From contig JBBISB010000001.1 in assembly GCA_037441475.1 (NCBI GenBank), forward strand, positions 36,418 through 68,417: a stretch of 32,000 nucleotides of DNA, read 5' to 3'. The position numbers and the translations under genes were made by a program. The notes below the pieces were generated by a model, which was given only the letters and a program-made list of their open reading frames with translations, made no database searches and was not told the origin of the DNA. The stretch's first letter is position 1, and each line of letters starts with the position of its first letter. Shown in pieces: positions 7,886 through 15,668 of the stretch. The stretch is from Candidatus Iainarchaeum sp. GTDB lineage: Archaea; Iainarchaeota; Iainarchaeia; Iainarchaeales; CSSED10-239.

Positions 7886-8959
7886 ATGAATATGAAAAAA
7901 GATATTAAAAAATCTTCATCTGCACATGCACAGAAGGAAGAACATCATGAACATAAAGTTCATTCTTCTAAAAGTAAAGCATGTTCAATGAAGAATAGTT
8001 TTTGGCAAATTACTTCTTTTGTTTTATTAATATTACTTGTAGTTGCAGCTGTTTTTGCATTTACTGGAAATAGTAAAGTAAAAGATGTATCTTGTGATAG
8101 TAATGTTGGAGAAGAGACTAGAAGCTTCTTAATTAGTGCATTTCAACTTCCTTCACTTGATTTAAAGACAACTGTTACTTCAAACAATATGTGTTTACAT
8201 ACTTTCAGTATTGAAGGACAAGATATAGAAATATACACTTCATTTGATGGTGAGGTTGTTTTTGTTCCTGGTCTTGAACCAATCAATAAAAGCACATTTG
8301 ATTCTGGAGTTTCCCAAGAGCCAGTAGCAAAGGAGTTACAAAAAACAGAAAAACCAGTTGTTGAGTTATTTGTAATGTCTCACTGTCCATACGGTACTCA
8401 AGTTGAGAAAGGTATCTTACCTGCAGTTGATGCTTTAGGAGACTCTATTGACTTTGAAATTAAGTTTGTAAATTATATAATGCACGATATTGTAGAAGTC
8501 GAAGAACAATTACTTCAGTACTGTATACAAGAAAGCTCTAAAGAAGTTTACAAAGAATATCTTTATTGTTTCTTAGAAGATGGAAATACTGATAGATGTC
8601 TTGAGAAAACAGGCGTTACAAGAGATTCATTAAGTACATGTATTTCAGAGACTGATCAAACATACAATATTATGGGATCATACTTAGATAAATCATCATG
8701 GCTTAGTGGAGTGTACCCTAAGTTTTTAATACATGATCAAGAGAATATCAAGTATGGGGTAAGAGGTTCACCTACTCTTGTTGTTAATGGAACTGTTGTT
8801 AATGCCTCAAGAGACTCTCAAAGTCTTTTAAATGCAATTTGTAATGGTTTTGAAACAGTACCAAGAGCATGTAATGAAGCTTTAAGCACAGCATCTCCAA
8901 CACCAGGATTTGGTTTTTCTGGCACAAGTGCAACAACTACAAATGCAACATGCGGATAG
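7886..8959 (+). CDS. membrane-anchored extracytoplasmic thioredoxin-fold protein (CPYG active site; DsbA/GILT-like)
   Basis: It has a His-rich N-terminus and one TM helix (FWQITSFVLLILLVVAAVFAF). The thioredoxin-fold signatures are FVMSHCPYG and GVRGSPTLVVNG. There are many additional Cys and a Thr/Ser-rich tail. Confidence 0.55.
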   Translation: MNMKKDIKKSSSAHAQKEEHHEHKVHSSKSKACSMKNSFWQITSFVLLILLVVAAVFAFTGNSKVKDVSCDSNVGEETRSFLISAFQLPSLDLKTTVTSNNMCLHTFSIEGQDIEIYTSFDGEVVFVPGLEPINKSTFDSGVSQEPVAKELQKTEKPVVELFVMSHCPYGTQVEKGILPAVDALGDSIDFEIKFVNYIMHDIVEVEEQLLQYCIQESSKEVYKEYLYCFLEDGNTDRCLEKTGVTRDSLSTCISETDQTYNIMGSYLDKSSWLSGVYPKFLIHDQENIKYGVRGSPTLVVNGTVVNASRDSQSLLNAICNGFETVPRACNEALSTASPTPGFGFSGTSATTTNATCG

Positions 8960-8997
8960 TGAATAATTTTTAAATAAAAATGTATAAAAGATAAAAT

Positions 8998-9609
8998 ATG
9001 ATGCTGATATCAATATTACAGGTACTTTTAGTTTTTGTTTTACCTGTGTATCTTTTATACAAAAAGATTATTCCTTTCAAGTATAGGTTGCATGTTCTTT
9101 TTGCTATTTTTTTAGTTGTTATTGTTTTTATTTATTTAGAGGGAATGACTTTTTATGATCTTGGTATAAGGTTTGATAATATTGATTCTCATATCTTTCC
9201 TTACATAGCCTTTACTGTTCTTGTTTCCTTTGCTATTTATTATCTTTCAAAGTATGTTTTAAAAAGAGAGTATTATATCCATTATTGGCATGAAAAGAGA
9301 TTTCATATAATGATATTTATTCCTCTATCATTCTTGCAGGAGTTTATCTTTAGAGGGTATTTAATACCTAAGCTTTTTGATATTTTTACATCTTCAATAA
9401 TTGTTGCTTTTGTAAACGCCTTACTTTTCATGTATATACATGTTGTTTACAGTAATAAAAATATTGATCTTATTTTGGTTTTCTTAGAAGGATTTTTACT
9501 TGCGATGATTTATATTTTCTATCCGAACTTAATATTTGCAACAATTGCTCACTCTATGCATAACTTTATAGCTATTTTCTTTAAGTTTTTTATAGATGAG
9601 AGAGTTTAA
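8998..9609 (+). CDS. CPBP-family intramembrane glutamic protease (CAAX protease-like)
   Basis: Polytopic 203-aa protein with LQEFIFRGYL (ExxxR-type motif), FMYIHV (FxxxH) and HSMHNF (HxxxN/D). Confidence 0.7.
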   Translation: MMLISILQVLLVFVLPVYLLYKKIIPFKYRLHVLFAIFLVVIVFIYLEGMTFYDLGIRFDNIDSHIFPYIAFTVLVSFAIYYLSKYVLKREYYIHYWHEKRFHIMIFIPLSFLQEFIFRGYLIPKLFDIFTSSIIVAFVNALLFMYIHVVYSNKNIDLILVFLEGFLLAMIYIFYPNLIFATIAHSMHNFIAIFFKFFIDERV

Positions 9610-9732
9610 TTTTTTTTAAAAATTGTTTAATCTTTATTTTTTTAAAAATTATCTTTTTTTTAAAAATTAATTTACTTTTAAAAGCTTTTGTTTCATAGAT
9701 ATTAATATTCTTTAAACTAATAAAAGATTTAT

Positions 9733-11561
9733 ATGTGTGGAATTGTAGGTTATATTGGAAAAAGAGATGTTTTACCTCTCTTGGTTAATGCTCTTTTAAG
9801 GTTAGAGTATAGAGGGTATGACTCCTGTGGTGTTTCTTTTTTAATAAATGGAAAAGTTGAAACAGTTAAGACAAAAGGGAAAGTTTTAACCTTAAAAGAA
9901 AAGATTGATTTTACAAGAAAAGCAAGCCTAGGTATTGCACATACAAGATGGGCTACACATTGAGAGCCTTCTGACATTAATTCACATCCTCACACTGATT
10001 CTTTAAATAAAATAACACTTGTTCATAATGGTATTATAGAAAATTATGAAAGTTTAAAAAAATTTCTTTTAACAAAAGGGTTTACCTTTAAATCACAAAC
10101 AGATTCTGAAGTATTCGCTGCATTAATCTCTTACTTTTATAAAGATGACCTTAAAGATGCGGTTTTAAAAGCAATATCACAAGTTGTAGGTACCTTTGGT
10201 ATACTGGTTATATCAGAGGGTAAACGTGAGATTGTTGTTGCAAGAAAAGGATCTCCAGTTGTTTTAGGTATTGGAAAAGAAGAATATTTTATAGTAAGTG
10301 ATACTTCTGCTATCTTAGAGTATACAAAAGAAGTTGTTTATTTAGAGGATGATGAAATTGTTTTAATAAACGATGAAGGATATTTGATAACTAACTTTAA
10401 TAATGAAAAGATAGATAAAGAAGTTGAAACACTTTCAATAACTATTGATCAAATAGAAAAGCAAGGCTTTAAACATTTCATGCTTAAGGAAATATATGAA
10501 CAGAAAGCCTCTATTAAGAATGCACTTGCAGGAAGACTTAATTTTTCTGAAAAGCAGGTTGTTTTAGGTGGTCTTGATTTTATAACTTTAGAATATTTAA
10601 AAAAATTAAAAAAAATATTTATTTTAGCATGTGGAACCTCTTGGCACTGTGCTTTAGTTTCAAAGTTTATTATTGAAAAGTATTTAAAAATTTCAGTTGA
10701 AGTTGACTATGCCTCTGAGTTTAGGTATAGAGACCCTTTAGTAGACCAAGATACTCTTGTTATTGTTATTTCTCAATCAGGGGAGACTGCAGACACATTA
10801 GCTGCTTTAAGAAAAGCTAAGAGAAAGAAGGCAAGAATCTTAGGGATTGTAAATGTTGTTGGTTCAACAATTGCAAGAGAAGCAGGATGTGGGATATATA
10901 CAAGGGCTGGACCTGAAATTGGTGTTGCCTCTACAAGGCTTTTACAAACCAGTTGGTGTCTATTTGGCTTTTAACTTTATTTGTTGGACAAAAGAATGGT
11001 TTAATCTCTCTTGAGGATAGAGAAAAGATTATTAAAAACCTCTCTTCTTTACCAGATATTCTTTTTGAAACAATTGAAGATAATCTTGAAACTATTAAGG
11101 AAATATCTAAAAGTTTTAAAGACTCTAAAAACTTTTTATATCTTGGAAGAGGGATTAATTACCCTATTGCCTTAGAAGGAGCCTTGAAGCTTAAGGAGAT
11201 ATCATATATTCATGCTGAAGGGTATCCTGCTGCTGAGATGAAGCATGGGCCTATTGCCTTGATTGATAAACAGATGCCTTGTGTTTTTATTGTAAACAAG
11301 AATAACAATTATGAAAAAGTAATTTCAAACATTAATGAGGTTAAGGCAAGGGGTGGTATTATTATCTCTGTTGCAACTGAAGGTGATGTTGATATTAAAA
11401 AAATATCTGACTTTGTAATATATGTAAAAGATATTGATAATGACTTTACTCCTTTTATTAATGTTGTTATAATGCAATTTCTTTCTTACTGTATATCAGA
11501 TCTTAAGGGATGTAATATTGATAAACCTAGAAACCTTGCAAAGTCTGTTACTGTTGAATAG
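9733..11561 (+). pseudogene. glmS: glutamine--fructose-6-phosphate aminotransferase, disrupted by an in-frame TGA (9961-9963) and a 1-nt frameshift (about 10933-10937)
   Basis: MCGIVGY...GIAHTRWATH*EPSDINSHPH places TGA where the invariant Gly of HTRWATHGxPS belongs. The SIS region reads GPEIGVAST, then shifts frame: acaagg versus the expected acaaagg would give KAFTNQLVSIWLL. The product ends with the canonical KSVTVE. Confidence 0.9.
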
Positions 11562-11665
11562 TTTCTCTTTTGAAAGGTTTGGTTATTTTTTTTTAATAAA
11601 GAATAGGTTTAAAAACATTTCTTCACTTGTATATTTATACAATAATAAAAGTTGTTTAAAAAGAT

Positions 11666-11941
11666 TTGAAAAATATGAATGAATATAAAATATTTAAGGC
11701 ACTTGGAGAAAAGACAAGGTATTCAATAGTTTTAAAACTTCTTGAAGCAAAAGACAACTGTTGTACAGATCTTGCTTCTTTTACAGGTAAAGACCTTTCT
11801 ACAATTTCAAGGCAGCTTTCTATCTTAGAGAAGGAAGGGATAATCATTATTGAAAAGATTAACAAATCTAAGTGTATTAAAATAAAAGATAAAAAACTAT
11901 TATTAAAGATAATAGCTGATATTAAACAACTTAAAAAATAA
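11666..11941 (+). CDS. ArsR/SmtB-family winged-helix transcriptional regulator
   Basis: 91 aa with IFKALGEKTRYSIVLKLLEAKDNCCTDLASFTGKDLSTISRQLSILEKEG. The Cys pair sits at the ArsR ELCVCDL-equivalent position. Confidence 0.75.
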   Translation: MKNMNEYKIFKALGEKTRYSIVLKLLEAKDNCCTDLASFTGKDLSTISRQLSILEKEGIIIIEKINKSKCIKIKDKKLLLKIIADIKQLKK

Positions 11942-12035
11942 TTTTTTTTAAAAGAAGATAAGATATTTCTTTTAGAATAAAAGAATCTTTCTTTTTAAAA
12001 TAAAAGAAGATTAAACTATTTTATAAAAATAAAAA

Positions 12036-12041
12036 GGTGAT
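12036..12041 (+). promoter_or_regulatory. Shine-Dalgarno-like site (GGTGAT) for the glutaredoxin gene
   Basis: GGTGAT ends 5 nt before ATG 12047. Confidence 0.5.
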
Positions 12042-12046
12042 TTACA

Positions 12047-12277
12047 ATGAATAATATAATAGTATACTCTACAAAATCATGCCCTTACTGCGTAATGGCA
12101 AAAGAATACTTAAAATCCAAGAACATAACATTTGAAGATGTTGATGTAGGATCTGACATGACAAGAGCCATGGAAATGATTAGAAAATCTGGTCAACAAG
12201 GGGTTCCTGTTTTAGATGTTAATGGACAGATAATTATTGGTTTTAACAGACCAGCAATTGATAATGCATTAAAGTAG
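12047..12277 (+). CDS. glutaredoxin-like protein (CPYC active site; Grx/NrdH-type)
   Basis: 76 aa with IIVYSTKSCPYCVMAKEYL, GVPVLDVNGQIIIGFN and a thioredoxin-fold layout. Confidence 0.8.
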   Translation: MNNIIVYSTKSCPYCVMAKEYLKSKNITFEDVDVGSDMTRAMEMIRKSGQQGVPVLDVNGQIIIGFNRPAIDNALK

Positions 12278-12549
12278 TTTTTTATTTTTTAAAAAACTAT
12301 TTTCTTTTTAAAAATTAATTTGTATTTAAACTTTGAATATATTTTTATGATAATTATAAAGTAATAAGATATACATAAAATATATTGTTTGGTTTAAAAC
12401 TATATATTTGTGTGCATAAATATATCGTATACCTACTATCAATTGTATTTAAATATAAAAAAAAGTTAAAAAAGAGGGTCTTTGCTTACTTTTAAGAGAG
12501 GTTAGACCCAAATCATTAGATTTGTGACTCTATTGCAATATATATGAGA

Positions 12550-12762
12550 TTAAAGACTAACATTATCTTGCACAAAAGTTTCTTTTAGCTCAACTAAGCT
12601 TGCTATATAGGGTTTACCTTTTATTGATTTATTTAAGATAAGTCTTCTGTATGACCAAGCATCGTTAGAGACTTGATAACCATTATTCTTAAGATCTCTA
12701 AAAATATCTTTCTTTTCATTGTATGAAACAAATCTTGCAAGGTTTAATAGGTATTCTGCCAT
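12550..12762 (-). CDS. hypothetical 70-aa protein, last gene of the lysS-DHH transcription unit
   Basis: ATG ORF starting 3 nt after the DHH gene stop. No family recognised. Confidence 0.45.
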   Translation of the reverse strand: MAEYLLNLARFVSYNEKKDIFRDLKNNGYQVSNDAWSYRRLILNKSIKGKPYIASLVELKETFVQDNVSL

Positions 12763-12764
12763 AA

Positions 12765-13706
12765 TTAATCATATTTAAAGTCACTTAAGCTATTTAGGGT
12801 GAAAGCAGAAGCACCGGGGTGACCTCCTCCATTAAAGTCTTTGGCTATTAATGAAAGATCCACTTTTGATTCTTTTCTTTTTCTTAAACTAAACTTAAAT
12901 TTTCCTGTTTTATATTCTTTGTACCAGATAATTATTATTTCAATATTTTTATATTTTTTTTCTTTAAAGAAAACATCTGCAAAAACACTTGCAAAAAAGA
13001 GTGTATTGATGATGAATGTTTTTCTCCCATAGAAATTAATTATTTTTCCATAATAAAGTTGTTCTTTAATATTTTTTGTTTGATGTTCTACAACTACTTT
13101 TCCTTTTTCAATAATTTTTTGTTTTTCTATATTAAAGTAATCAAAGTCAAGATGTTTTAAAACATAGTTAATTGTTTTTTTTGTAAAGGTTCCTTTAAAA
13201 TCCTCTAAACCAGCTATAAAATATTTTGTGTCAGGGAGCTTAAAGGCCCAAAGATCTAAATCCTGTATATACTTTACAAAATCAGGGGCAGAATCTTTTT
13301 TAAAGTATTTCCACACTAAAAAACAAGCAGCATACTTAGGATCTCTAATACCATTTATTTTTATGTTTTTTTTAGAAAGTGCTAAATCTATTTCTTCATC
13401 ACTTCTTTTATGATGATCAATCAAGATTAAGTTTTCTTTAAAATGATAATAGAAGGAAAGCATTGTTTCTTGAGGAAAGCTTAGATCTGTTATTATCATT
13501 TGAGAGTAGTTTTTTAAATCTATTTTCTTTTTAGAAAATATTTTTTTAAGATCCTCTCCATGTTCATAATCAACTATATCTGAATACTTGTATATATTTT
13601 TTAGGTTTCTAGAAAGATTATTTTTTTCTAAATAATTATAGATATAGCTAACAGCAGAAGTTATGCCATCTGCATCTCTGTGAGAGAGAATCAATATTTT
13701 TTTCAT
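12765..13706 (-). CDS. DHH/DHHA1-family phosphoesterase (NrnA-like)
   Basis: Motifs in order: ILSHRDADGITSA, ITDLS, LIDHHKR (DHH) and the C-terminal DHHA1 motif NGGGHPGASAF. Confidence 0.8.
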   Translation of the reverse strand: MKKILILSHRDADGITSAVSYIYNYLEKNNLSRNLKNIYKYSDIVDYEHGEDLKKIFSKKKIDLKNYSQMIITDLSFPQETMLSFYYHFKENLILIDHHKRSDEEIDLALSKKNIKINGIRDPKYAACFLVWKYFKKDSAPDFVKYIQDLDLWAFKLPDTKYFIAGLEDFKGTFTKKTINYVLKHLDFDYFNIEKQKIIEKGKVVVEHQTKNIKEQLYYGKIINFYGRKTFIINTLFFASVFADVFFKEKKYKNIEIIIIWYKEYKTGKFKFSLRKRKESKVDLSLIAKDFNGGGHPGASAFTLNSLSDFKYD

Positions 13707-13709
13707 AAT

Positions 13710-13838
13710 CTATTTAAGTTTTTGTCTTTGGAAGAAATCTGCCTTATTCCATAATTCTTCATGTCTTCTTTTTATTTCTTCTTTTTTTCTTATGTCAGCT
13801 TCACAACCTTTACAGTAAATTCTTGTTGAATCTACCAT
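13710..13838 (-). CDS. possible 42-aa small basic protein (single CxxC)
   Basis: MVDSTRIYCKGCEADIRKKEEIKRRHEELWNKADFFQRQKLK fills the 151-bp gap between lysS and the DHH gene on the same strand. It is below the ORF-track cutoff and no homology is recognised. Confidence 0.25.
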   Translation of the reverse strand: MVDSTRIYCKGCEADIRKKEEIKRRHEELWNKADFFQRQKLK

Positions 13839-13857
13839 TTTTCTACATTTTATGCAT

Positions 13858-15363
13858 CTATTGACCATCTTTATCACTTGCCTCCACCTTCTTTAAAGAA
13901 GATTCCTCTTCTTTTAATAAAGGAAATAATATAACATTTCTGATGTTTTGTGAATTTGTTAAAAGTATTACAAGTCTGTCTATCCCAATACCAATACCGT
14001 AAGCAGGAGGCATACCAAACTTTAATGATTCAATAAAGTCTGAATCAACTGGATGATTCTCGCCCTTAGATTTTCCTTGATCTTTTTGTTCTATCATTAA
14101 CTGTTCTTGAAGGAAAGAATCGTTAAGCTCACTATACATATTTGCAAGCTCCATACCGTTTAAATATGGCTCGTTTCTTTCAATTAAGTTTTTATTATCT
14201 CTGTGTAGTTTACATAGAGGAGTTGTTTCTTTAGGGTGATCTATTATGTGTATTGGACCGTATAACTTATCCTCACAGAAATGTTCAAAGATTTCTGCAA
14301 TAGCAAGACCTCTCTTATATTCTTCAATCTCTATTCTTTCTTTCTTTAAAAGTTCTTTAATCTCTTGGTCTGATAATTTATCTATATCTATGTTTGAATA
14401 TTTAAAGATAGCTTCTTTCATGGTTAATTTTGGCCATGGTTTTTTAAAATCAAATTCTTTTCCATCATAGATAATCTTTGTTGTACCAAAGACATTCATT
14501 GTTACATACTCAAGCATTTCTTCTAAGATATCCATTGCTGTGTTATAATCTTTGTAAACCTCATAAAGTTCAAGCATAGTAAACTCTGGGTTATGAGATT
14601 TGTCCACACCTTCGTTTCTGAAGTTTTTACAAATAGTGTATACTTTTTCAAAACCACCAACAAGTAATCTTTTTAAGTATAGTTCTGGGGAAACAGATAG
14701 ATATAATGTTCTTTTCCAGACATAGCTTTCTGTTGTGAAAGGTCTTGCATTTGCTCCACCGTAAAGAGGTTGCAAAAGAGGAGTTTCAACTTCTAAAAAA
14801 CCTTTCTCATCTAAGAATCTTCTTATAAGTGAAATTATTTTTGATCTTAAGATAAAAACATCTCTTGATTCTTTGTTTATCATCCAATCAAGGTATCTTT
14901 TTCTATATTTAAGTTCAGCATCTTTAACACCGTGGTATTTTTCTGGAAGAGGCATGAATGCTTTTGAAAGGAAGGTTATCTCTTCTGCATCGACTGATAC
15001 CTCTCCTCTTTTTGTTTTAAATATTTTCCCTCTAACACCTATAATGTCTCCTCTATCAAGGGAGTTTAGTATAATCTTTTCTTTCTCTTTTAGGCTTTCT
15101 TCTTTTACAACAATTTGTATTTTTCCACTTTTGTCATGAACATCTAAAAAAGCAATCTTTCCTAAGTTTCTTATAAGTAAAGTTCTTCCTGCAACACTTG
15201 CAGTTTCTTCTGTGTATTGATCTTCTTTTAAAGAACTGTATTTATCATGTATATCCTTTGCCTCATGTGTTTTATTAAAGGTATATGGGTATGGCTCTAT
15301 GTTGTTATCAATAAGTTTTTGAAAATTAATCTTTCTATTTTCTTCATATTCGTTTGTTGGCAT
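13858..15363 (-). CDS. lysS: lysyl-tRNA synthetase, class II
   Basis: 501 aa with an N-terminal OB anticodon-binding domain (VAGRTLLIRNLGKIAFLDV). The class II motifs are FRNEGVDKSHNPEFTMLELY and GIGIGIDRLVILLT...IRNVILFP. Confidence 0.9.
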   Translation of the reverse strand: MPTNEYEENRKINFQKLIDNNIEPYPYTFNKTHEAKDIHDKYSSLKEDQYTEETASVAGRTLLIRNLGKIAFLDVHDKSGKIQIVVKEESLKEKEKIILNSLDRGDIIGVRGKIFKTKRGEVSVDAEEITFLSKAFMPLPEKYHGVKDAELKYRKRYLDWMINKESRDVFILRSKIISLIRRFLDEKGFLEVETPLLQPLYGGANARPFTTESYVWKRTLYLSVSPELYLKRLLVGGFEKVYTICKNFRNEGVDKSHNPEFTMLELYEVYKDYNTAMDILEEMLEYVTMNVFGTTKIIYDGKEFDFKKPWPKLTMKEAIFKYSNIDIDKLSDQEIKELLKKERIEIEEYKRGLAIAEIFEHFCEDKLYGPIHIIDHPKETTPLCKLHRDNKNLIERNEPYLNGMELANMYSELNDSFLQEQLMIEQKDQGKSKGENHPVDSDFIESLKFGMPPAYGIGIGIDRLVILLTNSQNIRNVILFPLLKEEESSLKKVEASDKDGQ

Positions 15364-15472
15364 AAATAATCCCTAAAATATTATATATATATAGATAAAT
15401 ATGTTTAAATATATTATTGTATTTAGTATATTTAGAATATTTTTAAAAAAATAGAAAAAGAGGTTAAAAAGT

Positions 15473-15625
15473 ATGCCATGCATGAGAAAAAAGCCAAGTA
15501 CTTTTGGTAAAGATGTTTTTGCAACCACAAATAAAAGCAGTTTAAGAAATAATGGGTCTAAGGAAAACGCAGCAAGAAACAATAACCAAAGACTTATTAA
15601 AAAACCTGCAAACAGTAGACAATAA
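15473..15625 (+). CDS. possible 50-aa basic small protein
   Basis: GAGGT lies 8 nt upstream of ATG 15473. The ORF reads MPCMRKKPSTFGKDVFATTNKSSLRNNGSKENAARNNNQRLIKKPANSRQ. No family recognised, and it could be fortuitous in a promoter/terminator spacer. Confidence 0.25.
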   Translation: MPCMRKKPSTFGKDVFATTNKSSLRNNGSKENAARNNNQRLIKKPANSRQ

Positions 15626-15668
15626 AAAAATAGGTTCCTAAAAATAAAAAAATAGGAAAAGAAAAAAA
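15626..15668 (-). terminator. oligo-T tracts downstream of the giant surface-protein gene
   Basis: On the minus strand the stop is followed by TTTTTTTCTTTTCCTATTTTTTTATTTTT. The plus strand shows a duplicated ATAAAAAAATAGG. Confidence 0.45.

Noticed and set aside
9961-9963. TGA reassigned to glycine (code 25-like recoding), because the TGA sits exactly at the invariant Gly of GlmS HTRWATHG.
   Set aside because: TGA acts as a plausible terminator for at least three other genes here (701-703, 1988-1990, and 23865-23867 on the minus strand), each with the next gene starting just after. No other ORF in 32 kb is broken at a TGA, whereas reassigned genomes use it frequently. The same gene also carries a frameshift, and corA carries a TAA, so decay or error explains it better. 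The reassignment is also known only from certain bacteria.
9961-9963. Selenocysteine insertion at the glmS TGA.
   Set aside because: The position is a structural Gly, not a catalytic Cys/Sec site. I saw no obvious SECIS-like hairpin, and GlmS is not a known selenoprotein.
12476-12509. Stem-loop GGGTCT...AGACCC in the 270-bp convergent spacer, considered as a small RNA gene or tRNA fragment.
   Set aside because: It has only a 6-bp stem with a 22-nt loop. There are no C/D or H/ACA boxes and no tRNA-like arms. It is most simply a termination-region hairpin or a chance structure.
15373-15582. 69-aa minus-strand ORF between lysS and the giant gene.
   Set aside because: Its sequence is Phe/Leu/Ile-rich, derived from an AT-rich promoter/terminator spacer. 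It has no SD and overlaps a better, though still weak, plus-strand small ORF.
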